A stretch of DNA of 64,000 bases, from positions 288,799 to 352,798 of the forward strand of contig JAHQJS010000005.1 in the NCBI GenBank assembly GCA_019057385.1. Direction: 5' to 3'. The stretch comes from Candidatus Borrarchaeum weybense. Its GTDB lineage: Archaea > Asgardarchaeota > Sifarchaeia > Borrarchaeales > Borrarchaeaceae. The notes under the pieces are model-generated. The model did no database searches. It had not been told where the DNA came from and was given only the letters and a program-made list of their open reading frames with translations. A program made the position numbers and the translations under genes. Position 1 is the stretch's first letter. Each line of letters begins with the position of its first letter. Shown here one piece after another: positions 42,166-51,758 of this stretch.

Positions 42166-42270
42166 GGCCGGGGTGAATGATTCGAGTTTCGAACTCTTTC
42201 ATCCCCCTGGGTAGTGGTATCCTAAGGGATTGTGGCTCCCTCGATCCGGGTTCGATTCCCGGTCCCGGCC
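42166..42270 (+). tRNA. tRNA-His(GTG) with encoded G-1 and a 33-nt intron at 9/10 (42176-42208)
   Basis: Strict BHB (CC/GG, GGGG/CCCC, ATGA/TCAT, bulges TG|A and CT|G); the spliced product is a normal His cloverleaf with C73. Confidence 0.88.
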
Positions 42271-42313
42271 CTCATTTACAGCATTGCATCGGCTGTCTCA
42301 TCGTTCTATCTGT

Positions 42314-42446
42314 GGGCCCGTAGCTCAGTTGGAAGTATTCCGGTGCACTTACGCATCCATTTCAAAAGCGCCTGGTTTGCAGCCAGGAGGCCGCGGGAAG
42401 TTTTCAGACTCCTGGAAACTCGCGATTTCAAATCCCGCCGGGTCCA
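42314..42446 (+). tRNA. tRNA-Ala(TGC) with introns 42336-42366 (22/23) and 42398-42426 (53/54)
   Basis: G3-U70 pair; both junctions fold as BHB-like; spliced length 73 nt. Confidence 0.88.
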
Positions 42447-42555
42447 TTCTGTTCTGTGTGGTGAATAGCCACCGGGCCCTCCCACTACTTCTTTCATCAG
42501 TATTCCGAAGCTACAAAAATCGCAAAAGAACCCATTAAGATCGGGAGAGGGCATT

Positions 42556-42854
42556 CATGGGTCGCCGATATCGGGCAAAGAAGAGTCCTCTTAAATAGCC
42601 AAGGACATTTCCTCATACGGGGAATTGATTATCAGGAATTCGTCAGGATTGGATCTGATATTGACCTCATTTATACGTCACAAGACGTTCAACACGCTTT
42701 GGAATTGATACAAGCATATCCCATCTCATATATTTACGTTGGACCTGATGAACTGCAACAATATGGCGATGGCGTGGACAAATTCGAAAACCAACACTAT
42801 TTCGAACGCGTCTATTTCAATGACGTGGTGAAAATTTACCGATTGAAATCGTAA
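42556..42854 (+). pseudogene. Start-less C-terminal fragment of a GT-C/YYY-type membrane protein
   Basis: Manual translation ...GHFLIRGIDY...IY...Y.ISYIYVGPDE..QYG....F....F..VY.N..VKIYRL*. Confidence 0.5.
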
Positions 42855-44035
42855 CCGCTTTCAATAAAACAAGGTGTTAACTCTCTCATTACCAATTGTT
42901 GACATAAAATTGCTTGTTTTTCTCGTCATTTATAGATGATCTTGCTACATTCATGTTGTTCTCGAAATCGTCTTACACAGACATCGTTTCTAATGCTAGC
43001 TACGGTATCTTTTTTGGTAAATCACGCGCGTAATTTCAAAAAAAAACAGTTGATTATAGCTCTATTGACATCTATTTATCATCGTTCGCAAAAATAAACA
43101 TCTGCGCTCCTTATTACAGTGACCTGACAACACTTTTTTACAGGATATGAGCGCTCTTGCCTTGAAACCTTCATTGCGCGACGGTAAAAAAGATACATAT
43201 AAAAGTGCTAAATGCGTAATATTTATATTGCTTCGCTGTATCACATAATTCCCCTCTATCTGAAATATCAATTTCGGATTTACTTAACTATGAGGGGACT
43301 TTTACCAATTGGATGCAACATACAGACCATAGTGCGTCTGTAGGTGAAGTAATTGGTTGTGAGTTCAACGATGAGCTTAAGGGACTGCGGATCTCAAGTC
43401 TCCTAATGACAAAGACTTGCCGATAGAATTTGGTAGTCTTTGTGAAGGCGGATACTGTGGTTCGCAGCGCGGGTTCGCGCACCAGCACCCCCGTCCACTG
43501 CCTTATGAACTCTGGCAGTAGCTGCGGCGCCTCAACGGACTCGGGCTGAACCTTGAGTGATTAGATCCAACTTCCACAAACTTATAGTTATTACTTTTAC
43601 GTATATCAAAGTAATTACCGCGATATACTTGCCTTCATCCCTCTTGTGGAGGAAGAGGGAACTGCTTTTCATGAGAATGTGGTCGTAGAAGGACTTAGTG
43701 GTTATGGTGAACACATTATCATAACTCGATTGAGTCTCGTTAAATGAGCAGGCTCGCTTGTGGCTCCGATACCGGTTGATCCTGCCGGACCCGACCGCTA
43801 TTGGGATGGGATTAAGCCATGCAAGTTGTGCGCTCCTAGTTATGAAGGAGAGCGGCAAAAAGCTCTGTAACGTGTAGTTAACCTCTCCTCAGGACGGGCA
43901 TACCCTCGGGAAACTGAGGTCAATTCCCGATAGTTGATTAGGCCTGGAATGGTTTTTCTTCCAAAGGTATCTTCTCATGCGAGGATACTACCTGAGGATG
44001 GGACTGCATCTGATTAGGTAGATGGTGGGGTAACG

Positions 44036-44074
44036 TGACCTTTAGTACACTCTTACACACTATCGGTCTTATAC
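44036..44074 (+). other. 16S BHB mini-intron, 39 nt (about E. coli 265/266)
   Basis: Interrupts GGGGTAACG|GCCCACC; GTAA/TTAT helix, GACC/GGTC stem. Confidence 0.88.
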
Positions 44075-44158
44075 GCCCACCATGCCGATAATCAGTACGG
44101 GCTGTGAGAGCAGTAGCCCGGAGATGGAGACTGAGACAACGCTCCAGGGCCTACGGGC

Positions 44159-44195
<37 letters not shown>

Positions 44196-44280
44196 TGACG
44201 GGGCCATCCCAAGTGCCATCCGATAAGGGTGGCTTTTTCTCAGTGTAAAAAGCTGGGCGAATAAGGGGAGGGCAAGGCTG

Positions 44281-44406
44281 ACTGGATTGAGGCAAATCAC
44301 TAACACTATATTCTCGATGAACTATACTTCCCTAAAACGCGGCGCTTATAGTTCATCAAAAACTCTTATGCTTATCAAACTTACAAAACGCCTCATCCAG
44401 GCCTAT
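44281..44406 (+). other. 16S BHB intron, 126 nt, no ORF (about 514/515)
   Basis: Interrupts AAGGCTG|GTGCCAGC; AGGC/GCCT helix, CTGGA/TCCAG stem. Confidence 0.92.
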
Positions 44407-44614
44407 GTGCCAGCCGCCGCGGTAAAACCAGCTCCTCGAGTAGTCGGGAGTATTACTGGGCCTAAAGCGTCCGTAGCCGGCTTTGTAAGTTCCTGGTCAA
44501 ACCCAGCGGCTTAACCGTTGGCTTGCTGGGGATACTGCAAAGCTTGGGAATCAGAGAGGCCAAGGGTACTAACAGGGTAGGGGTGAAATCCTGTAATCCT
44601 GTTGGGACCACCGG

Positions 44615-44645
44615 ACAGCAGAGAGACACTCTCCTGCTGGGTGAG
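44615..44645 (+). other. 16S BHB mini-intron, 31 nt (about 722)
   Basis: ACCACCGG|TGGCGAAGG; CACC/GGTG, CAGCAG/CTGCTG. Confidence 0.92.
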
Positions 44646-44716
44646 TGGCGAAGGCGCTTGGCTGGAAGATGTCCGACGGTGAGGGACGAAAGCCAGGGGA
44701 GCGAACCGGATTAGAT

Positions 44717-44747
44717 ACTTGGTGCTAATTATTGTATCATGCTAAAA
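44717..44747 (+). other. 16S BHB mini-intron, 31 nt (about 793/794)
   Basis: GGATTAGAT|ACCCGGGTAGTCC; TTAG/CTAA. Confidence 0.88.
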
Positions 44748-44872
44748 ACCCGGGTAGTCCTGGCTGTAAACGATGCGAGCTAGGTGTTTGCGTGGCTACG
44801 GGCTATGCAAGTGCCGTAGAGAAGTCGTTAAGCTCGCCGCCTGGGGAGTACGGCCGCAAGGCTGAAACTTAA

Positions 44873-44934
<62 letters not shown>

Positions 44935-45040
44935 AAGCCTGCGGTTTAATTGGACTCAACGCCGGGAAGCTTACCGGGGGCGACAGCTGGATGAAAGCCA
45001 GGCTGATGACCTTGCTGGACTAGCTGAGAGGAGGTGCATG

Positions 45041-45919
45041 AGGTAGTCAGGTCGTTAGCAAAACTTTTCGTCGCTTTCCTTTTCCTCTCAATAACAAAAG
45101 TCTAGATTCTTCCTGATGTCCTTTTTAATTAAAAGGGATAAGTCAGGTTGAATTCAAATGACTATTGGCGACAAAGGAAAGTTTGTTTTACTTAAAACGA
45201 AAAGTCTCATCAATCGCATACGTCAACAGCATAATGAAACAGTTCGTGGTATTTACGAGCATGTCGCAGATCTTGTTAAATGGAATACATTTCGAGACTG
45301 GGCTTATAGAGGCTGGTCACGAATGCCTTTAGAAGTATTTAGGCGACTAAAAAGTAAATACAAACTCAAAGAATCACCAAAAACGGTTACAGAAAAACAA
45401 TGGTATACACTAACTCGAACGAGAGCCGCTGAAATAATGCATAAATGCCACCCTCATAAAGAGTGGCTATCAGAAGCCGCAAAAAAAGGCGGCGAGGCTG
45501 TAAAAGAAAAATATGGTGTTAAATATCTAACAAACCTTTCTGCAAAGGCGATTCACTCGTCATCTAGTTATAGGTATGAAGACGATGATGGAAACAAATA
45601 TCGCAGCCGCTTAGAATTATCCATCGCTAAACTACTCCGAACGCATAATTTGAAGTTTATATATGAACCAGAGATTGAGGGATATGTTCCAGATTTCAAG
45701 ATTAATAATCCCCTCATCGAAGTGTGCGGTTATTTCCGTGATAAAGATTATCTTACTCGACTTAAAGTCAAACTAACTGATTTAGTCAATAAAGGCTGGC
45801 AAATAATTCTAATATGCGAGCCTAGCAAAAAAGCAGTTCTCACTGAAGCAGTTAAAGGTATATCCATAAATGCGATTAAGACAACAGATGAGTTTCGACG
45901 ATTTCTGACTACCGGCAAA
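45041..45919 (+). mobile_element. 16S BHB intron, 879 nt, endonuclease-encoding (about 1057/1058)
   Basis: GGTGCATG|GCCGTCGCC; terminal stem GGTAGTCAG/CTGACTACC. Confidence 0.92.
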
Positions 45920-45955
45920 GCCGTCGCCAGTTCGTGCCGTGAGGTGTCCTGTTAA
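45158..45955 (+). CDS. Intron-encoded PD-(D/E)xK (T7 endonuclease I-like) putative homing endonuclease
   Basis: YRSRLE..IA..L......FIYEP....YVPDF......IEVCG; basic N-terminus with KKGG...KEKYG; the genomic ORF runs 36 nt into the exon. Confidence 0.75.
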   Translation: MTIGDKGKFVLLKTKSLINRIRQQHNETVRGIYEHVADLVKWNTFRDWAYRGWSRMPLEVFRRLKSKYKLKESPKTVTEKQWYTLTRTRAAEIMHKCHPHKEWLSEAAKKGGEAVKEKYGVKYLTNLSAKAIHSSSSYRYEDDDGNKYRSRLELSIAKLLRTHNLKFIYEPEIEGYVPDFKINNPLIEVCGYFRDKDYLTRLKVKLTDLVNKGWQIILICEPSKKAVLTEAVKGISINAIKTTDEFRRFLTTGKAVASSCREVSC

Positions 45956-46233
45956 GTCAGGCAACGAACGAGACCCCTGCGCCTAGTTGCCAGCGGATCT
46001 CTGCGGAGATGCCGGGCACACTATGCGGACCGCAGCCGATAAGGCTGAGGAAGGAGGGGGCCACGGCAGGTCAGTATGCCCCGAATCCCCCGGGCTACAC
46101 GCGGGCTGCAATGACGGGTACAATAGGTTTCGACTCCGAGAGGAGGAGGCAATCCTCAAAACCCGTCGCAGTTGGGATCGAGCGCTGCAACTCGCGCTCG
46201 TGAACATGGAATCCCTAGTAATCGCGTGTCATC

Positions 46234-46284
<51 letters not shown>

Positions 46285-46318
46285 TCCGAGTGAGCTTTAG
46301 GCGAGGCGCGTTCCGTAG

Positions 46319-46351
46319 GCAGTATAGGACAACTGTCACATACTGACGGAA
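46319..46351 (+). other. 16S BHB mini-intron, 33 nt (helix 44 tip)
   Basis: CCGT/ACGG helix, CAGTAT/ATACTG stem, bulges AG|G and AA|G. Confidence 0.82.
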
Positions 46352-46380
46352 GATCGTGTCGAACCTGGGGTTCGCAAGGA

Positions 46381-46435
<55 letters not shown>

Positions 46436-47257
46436 CGTAATTAATTTATCCTTTAAGGGCCAAGCTTGAGTCTGCTCATGCGAAAAGACTGCAATCGGGA
46501 ACAATATGATGTGAACCATAAATCACCAGGTTATACATGAAATGCCATATTTTTAGCCGCTTACATAGGTGCGAATGGAACCAGGGGCTCATTAGTGTCT
46601 GGATACATACGCCATCTGGTGGATGACTTGGTTTGGGCACTGAGGAAGGTCGTGGCAAGCTGCGATAAGCCTGGGGTAGGTGCATGCTGCCTTCGAACCC
46701 AGGATTGCCGAATAGGACTTCCAATTAAGGATTAATAACCCTTAATGATCCGTAAGGATCGGGAACCCCGTGAACGGAAACATCTTAGTAACGGGAGGAA
46801 AAGAAACCAATAGGGATTCCCTTAGTAAGGGCGACTGAACGGGGAAGAGAGCAAACTGAACCCCTTAAGGATGACTTAGGGGGGATGTGGTGTGGTAGGC
46901 CTGGTTTCGGCCTACTCAATGAAGTTGAAATGGTCTGGAACGTCCCGCCGTAGAGGGTGAAAGCCCCGTAAACGTAAATTGAGAGGTCTTATGACCAGTG
47001 TCCTTGAGTACTGTGGGCTGGATACCTCGCAGGAATCTGAGAGACACTCACTCTCAACTCTAAATATGTCCCAAATCCGATAGTGCACTAGTACCTTGAG
47101 GGAAAGTTGCAAAGTACCGCGAAAGCGGGGTTAAAAGAGCCTGAAACCAGATGGTAACAGACGTGCGCGGCCCGAAAGGGTAGAGTCTCTTTGAAGGAAC
47201 CCGGAGTAATCCGGCAGTACGAAGAGAGAGGACCAGGGTTGCGCAATCCGTCTTGAA

Positions 47258-47287
47258 ATCAGACGAGATATCCTCGTCTAACAAGAA
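47258..47287 (+). other. 23S BHB mini-intron, 30 nt (about 572/573)
   Basis: CCGTCTTGAA|ACACGG; CTTG/CAAG. Confidence 0.88.
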
Positions 47288-47641
47288 ACACGGGCCGGGG
47301 AGTTTATGGTCGTGGCGAGTTTAAGTGGATCATCCACGTAGGCGAAGGGAAACCGACAGCACGCATCTAGGCGTACCAGCTCACCAACAGTTGGGCTGTG
47401 GTCTATACCGAACCTCATTTGTCCTAATTCTTTCAATGGCTTCGGCCAACGAGAGAGGCAGGGCGCCGAGTGGACGTATGGTCTTCATCTCGACTCAGTA
47501 GTGGGTATGGGCAACTAGTCAGGTGCGAGGTCTTAATCGGCCTGGAGTCACGATTGTAAGACCCGAAAGCGAGTGATCTAGCCCTGGGCAAGATGAAGCC
47601 AGGGGAAACTCTGGTGGAGGTCTGCAGGGGTGTTGACGTAC

Positions 47642-47676
47642 AAGGAAATGAGAGATCATACTCTCGTTCTGCGTAA
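47642..47676 (+). other. 23S BHB mini-intron, 35 nt (about 748/749)
   Basis: GACGTAC|AATTCACTC; ACGT/GCGT. Confidence 0.85.
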
Positions 47677-47716
47677 AATTCACTCCCATGACCTGGGGTT
47701 AGTGGCAAAAGACCAA

Positions 47717-48719
47717 TCGCATTAACAAATGAGCCAATAACTAGCGTTCTCTAATTCCATTAAAAGCAGCCTTTTAATACTAAATTTGATATTATCTGTG
47801 AATAGTTGAATTCGGAGAATCATTGATGACTCAAAGAAAAAAATGGACTGCATATCGCATTAACAAAGATTTTGTTCGCAACAACAAAAAACGAGAACTA
47901 GCAAAATTAGCAGCATTTTTACTTACAGACGGGGGTTTATCCAGAGATAAAAGAACATATGTCATTTATTTCACAAACAAGTCTGAAGTATTACACGAAG
48001 TGTTTGAATCTCTTATAAGAGATCTTGTCCCTCAAGCTAATATGCGAAGCTCAATGTACAAAGGTGTTAAAAGAACTTACTTTAACAGTCTAGAACTTGC
48101 TGAATTGCTTTTTGAACTATCAGATTCTTATCGAACGGCACCATGCGAATCGTATCCAGTTTGCGCTAAGATTCGCGATAAACCCGAAATGATTCCTTGT
48201 ATCAAGTGCAATCAAATACGTGGATATCCCAATGCTACGTATCCTGAGATCAGCGACTTGGAATTGCTGGAAGAAATCTTGCAAATAATTGCGGATACTG
48301 AAGGTGGACCCGTTCTTTTTATTCATAGATATCCTAAATATATCTCTATAAGAAGAAGAATTGAGATAGGATGTTCGCATCCGATTCTTAAGAAACAAAT
48401 TAAACAAATGCTGGAAAAATTAGCTATTCCTAGCAAAATCGCAAAGGATACAATTAGAATTGAAGGTAAAGGAATTAGGATCTTTCGTGACAAAATAGGC
48501 TTTCGAAAGAACGTCAAAATGAGTACTGGTAACTTCGAAGGCTATAATAAGAACAGTGTATTAGAAATTATGATTATCACTAACGAATTGATAACTAAGA
48601 AAAAGTTCTTTCCAAGTAAAGTTGATAACTTGAATGCAATGTTAATGAAGGCTGTAGAACTTTTTGATAATACTTTTTCGCGAGAACGCGTTGTTGAGTT
48701 TTTAGTTAATGGGGGTTAG
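47717..48719 (+). mobile_element. 23S BHB intron, 1003 nt, LAGLIDADG-encoding (about 789/790)
   Basis: GACC/GGTT helix, bulges AA|T and AG|A, CATTAAC/GTTAATG stem. Confidence 0.85.
47823..48719 (+). CDS. Intron-encoded double-motif LAGLIDADG homing endonuclease
   Basis: LAAFLLTDGG and ILQIIADTEGG; the TAG is the last codon of the intron. Confidence 0.9.
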   Translation: MMTQRKKWTAYRINKDFVRNNKKRELAKLAAFLLTDGGLSRDKRTYVIYFTNKSEVLHEVFESLIRDLVPQANMRSSMYKGVKRTYFNSLELAELLFELSDSYRTAPCESYPVCAKIRDKPEMIPCIKCNQIRGYPNATYPEISDLELLEEILQIIADTEGGPVLFIHRYPKYISIRRRIEIGCSHPILKKQIKQMLEKLAIPSKIAKDTIRIEGKGIRIFRDKIGFRKNVKMSTGNFEGYNKNSVLEIMIITNELITKKKFFPSKVDNLNAMLMKAVELFDNTFSRERVVEFLVNGG

Positions 48720-48750
48720 ATAAGGAAGGGTGTGTCCCTCCTTAGGTAAA
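48720..48750 (+). other. 23S BHB mini-intron, 31 nt, directly abutting the LAGLIDADG intron
   Basis: TAAGGA/TCCTTA stem, GACC/GGTA helix; removing both introns restores GACCAA|TCTAACTCGC. Confidence 0.8.
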
Positions 48751-49054
48751 TCTAACTCGCTTATAGCTGGTTCCCCCCGAAGTGCATCTCAGTGCAGTCT
48801 GATCCGAGGTAGCTGGTGGGGTAGAGCACTGATTGTGGAAAGGTGGAGGAGAAATCCTTGCCGCCGCTCTCAAACTCCGAATCTGCCAGCGCCGTAGACG
48901 GTTGGAAACGGGCGGCCGGGCGTAAGGTCCGGCGCCGAGAGAGGAACAACTCTGACTGCGGTTAAGGTCCCTAAGTGCTAGCTAAGTGTGATCATGAAGG
49001 CTGTGGGCAGTCTTAGACAGTGGGGAGGTAGGCTTAGAAGCAGCCATCCTCTAA

Positions 49055-49075
49055 ACTGCTAAAAAGCAGAGAGAA
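49055..49075 (+). other. 23S BHB mini-intron, 21 nt (about 1085/1086, GTPase-associated centre)
   Basis: CTCT/AGAG, CTGCT/AGCAG. Confidence 0.85.
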
Positions 49076-49675
49076 TGAACGCGTAACAGCGCACCCATTG
49101 AGACTGTCCGCGCCGAAAATGGACGGGGCTTAAGCTAGCCACCGATACCGCGGAGCTGACGAAAACTTAGCATGAATCGTCATCTCATTTTCGAATGATT
49201 TGATTTACTCATGTTAATTGAGTACTCAGTTGGTAGGGGGGCGAGCCGGTTGGGCGGAAGCTGGGCTGTGAAGTCCAGTGGACCGACCGGTTTCGCAGAT
49301 CCCGGTGGTAGTAACAGCGTAGTCGGGTGAAAATCCCGATCGCCGGAAGGGCAAGGGTTCCTCGGCAATGCGTCGTCAGCCGAGGGTTAGTCGGTCCTAA
49401 GTCTGGGCGTAAGTCGCGTAAGGCGAAAGGGTAAACGGTTTATATTCCGTTACTACGAGGATACACGCGGTAACGCAAGCCAAGATTCTGACGCTTTCGG
49501 ATAGGCCGATTAGAGCTATCGCTCTAATTAAATGTAGAAACCTCAGGAGTACCGTAATGGTGAGAATGAGGTGAATGCATGAATAGCTTTCCGTAATAGG
49601 TGAGTTCGGTCAACTCCAGGAGCCATTGAAAAAGGACTTGGAAGGATTCTTCGTATCCGTACCCAGAACTGACAC

Positions 49676-49726
49676 TTAGATCGTACAGGAACGTGACAAT
49701 CTAGTCATGCGGACGATTTAGTCAAA
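49676..49726 (+). other. 23S BHB intron, 51 nt (about 1617/1618)
   Basis: GACAC|AGGTG; TGAC/GTCA, TAGATCGT/ACGATTTA. Confidence 0.9.
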
Positions 49727-50384
49727 AGGTGCCCCTAGGTGAGCAGCCTAAGGCGTTTCGGGTGAACTCTGGGCTAGGGAAATCGGCAAATTGGCCCCGT
49801 ACCTTCGGAAGAAGGGGTGCCTACGGTCTTGGGTCGCAAACTTGGGACCGTAGGTCGCAGTGACCAGGAAGTGCTATCTGTTTAATAAAAACATAGCTAA
49901 CTGCTAGCGCGAAAGCGTGTGTACAGTTAGTGAGTCCTGGCCAGTGGCGGTAAGTTAAACCTGAGTTCAATCGGGCGAAGCTCCGCTAAACGCCGGGAGT
50001 AACTATAACTCTCTTAAGGTAGCCAAATGCCTTGCCGGATAAGTACCGGCGTGCATGAAGGGAGCAATGAGCGCTTTACTGTCCCAGCCTGGAACCCGGT
50101 GAACCCACTACCTGGCGAACAGTCCAGGGAGTCCTTGCGGGAAGAGAAGACCCCGTGGAGCTTTACTGCAGCCTGTGCCTGTGCTACGATCGTTGATGCA
50201 GAGCGTAGTCGGGAGCCGTTAATCCCAGCCTCTTCGGGGGTTGGAGTAGGCAACCTTGGAACACCGACCTTCTTTGATTGTATCGCTAACCGGAACGAAC
50301 GTTCTGGAACAAGTGCAGGTGGGCAGTTTCGCTGGGGCGGCAGACCCTTGAAAATGTATCAAGGGTGCCCAAAGGTCAGCTCAG

Positions 50385-50416
50385 AATGCAATTACGTAAG
50401 TGAGTTGCATGAGTAA
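50385..50416 (+). other. 23S BHB mini-intron, 32 nt (about 2299/2300)
   Basis: GCTC/GAGT, ATGCAATT/AGTTGCAT. Confidence 0.88.
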
Positions 50417-50427
50417 GTGGGTCAGAA

Positions 50428-50470
50428 TCAACGGATGAGATTCTGGCTATGACCTTATCAGTTGCTGAAT
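50428..50470 (+). other. 23S BHB intron, 43 nt (about 2310/2311)
   Basis: GGTCAGAA|ATCCACC; TCAG/CTGA, CAAC/GTTG. Confidence 0.88.
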
Positions 50471-50488
50471 ATCCACCGTAGAGCGTAA

Positions 50489-50519
50489 AGGTGAAGGTGA
50501 CCACCACCTTGCCATGTAG
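50489..50519 (+). other. 23S BHB mini-intron, 31 nt (about 2328/2329)
   Basis: GAGCGTAA|AGGTAAAAGC; GCGT/ATGT, AAGGTG/CACCTT. Confidence 0.85.
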
Positions 50520-50642
50520 AGGTAAAAGCTGGCTTGACTGTATTCTGACCAGTAAAGAATGCAGGAACGAAAGTTGGGCTTAGCGATCCTCAATACCTTA
50601 TCAGTGGGGGTTTGAGGTGACAGAAAAGTTACCCCGGGGATA

Positions 50643-50756
50643 AATGCGTCAGTTTTGTGAATATAGAAAGTGTGTAGACAAAGCTTAGTAAAGTTGTATG
50701 GGTAATTTAGCTTTGACGATTGTACAACTTTATGAGCGTCTGCGGCGCATTCCCAA
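50643..50756 (+). other. 23S BHB intron, 114 nt, between A2450 and A2451 equivalents
   Basis: GGGATA|ACAG; GGGA/TCCC, ATGCGTC/GGCGCAT. Confidence 0.92.
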
Positions 50757-50872
50757 ACAGAGTCGTCGCGGGCAAGAGCCCATATCGACCCCGCGGCTTG
50801 CTACCTCGATGTCGGCTCTTCCTATCCTCGATGTGCAGCAGCGTCGAAGGGTGGGGTTGTTCGCCCATTAAA

Positions 50873-50904
50873 AAGGAGGCGAAAAATACCTCTCTCCTTA
50901 ATAG
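50873..50904 (+). other. 23S BHB mini-intron, 32 nt (about 2566/2567)
   Basis: ATTA/TAAT, AGGAG/CTCCT, CCC/GGG. Confidence 0.9.
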
Positions 50905-51059
<155 letters not shown>

Positions 51060-51502
51060 ACAGGTTGGATTCTATCTGCAAGGACTGCCGGTGGTCTGAG
51101 GGTAGGGTGTTCTTAGTACGAGAGGAACGGAACGTCGGAGCCTCTAGTGTACCAGTTGTCCGAAAGGGCAGAGCTGGGCAGCCACGCTCTAACCGATAAG
51201 AGCTGAAAGCATCTAAGCTCGAAGCGGGTCCCGAAAAGAGACCACCAATCACCAACAGAGGAGTTAGGGTGACCGTCCGTAACTGTTGGGGACGAGGACT
51301 CCAGGAAAACACTGGTTTGATAGAGCTGAGGTGTAAGTGTCGAGGGTACAGAGATGGTACTCTTAGTATTGTACACTCGCCTAAATCCCTCCAACCTCTT
51401 GGTCATGTACATAACCGTCTCTTCGGAGATAGTTGTGTCGTGATTAATGTTGTTGGGCCGAGGCACTCAGCCTGCAGCCACTAAACGTCCGAGTGTTCAG
51501 AC

Positions 51503-51524
51503 AGAACCCCGGTCCATGCAAAAC
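51503..51524 (+). repeat. 22-bp direct repeat, copy 1 (23S 3' processing stem)
   Basis: AGAACCCCGGTCCATGCAAAAC, identical at 53656-53677. Confidence 0.95.
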
Positions 51525-51758
51525 TTATGTAGCGTAATGGCGGAAGTGTGGTGTTTCATGTTATGTATGAGTCCTTCTACGATACGACAGGGAGTTTACT
51601 CCCTATTTTTTTTGGGTGTATCGTATGACGATGTCATAAAAATTACTATAAAAACATATATTCCTAAGTTTATCAGCATAATTGATCCAAACTTGGATCT
51701 GTTATCCGTCACAAAAGCCTTTTCTATCTTCTCTCCCCATCCGACATTATCATCTTTA

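Noticed and set aside
41743-42554. ORFs over the tRNA cluster
   Set aside because: Shadow frames of tRNA genes
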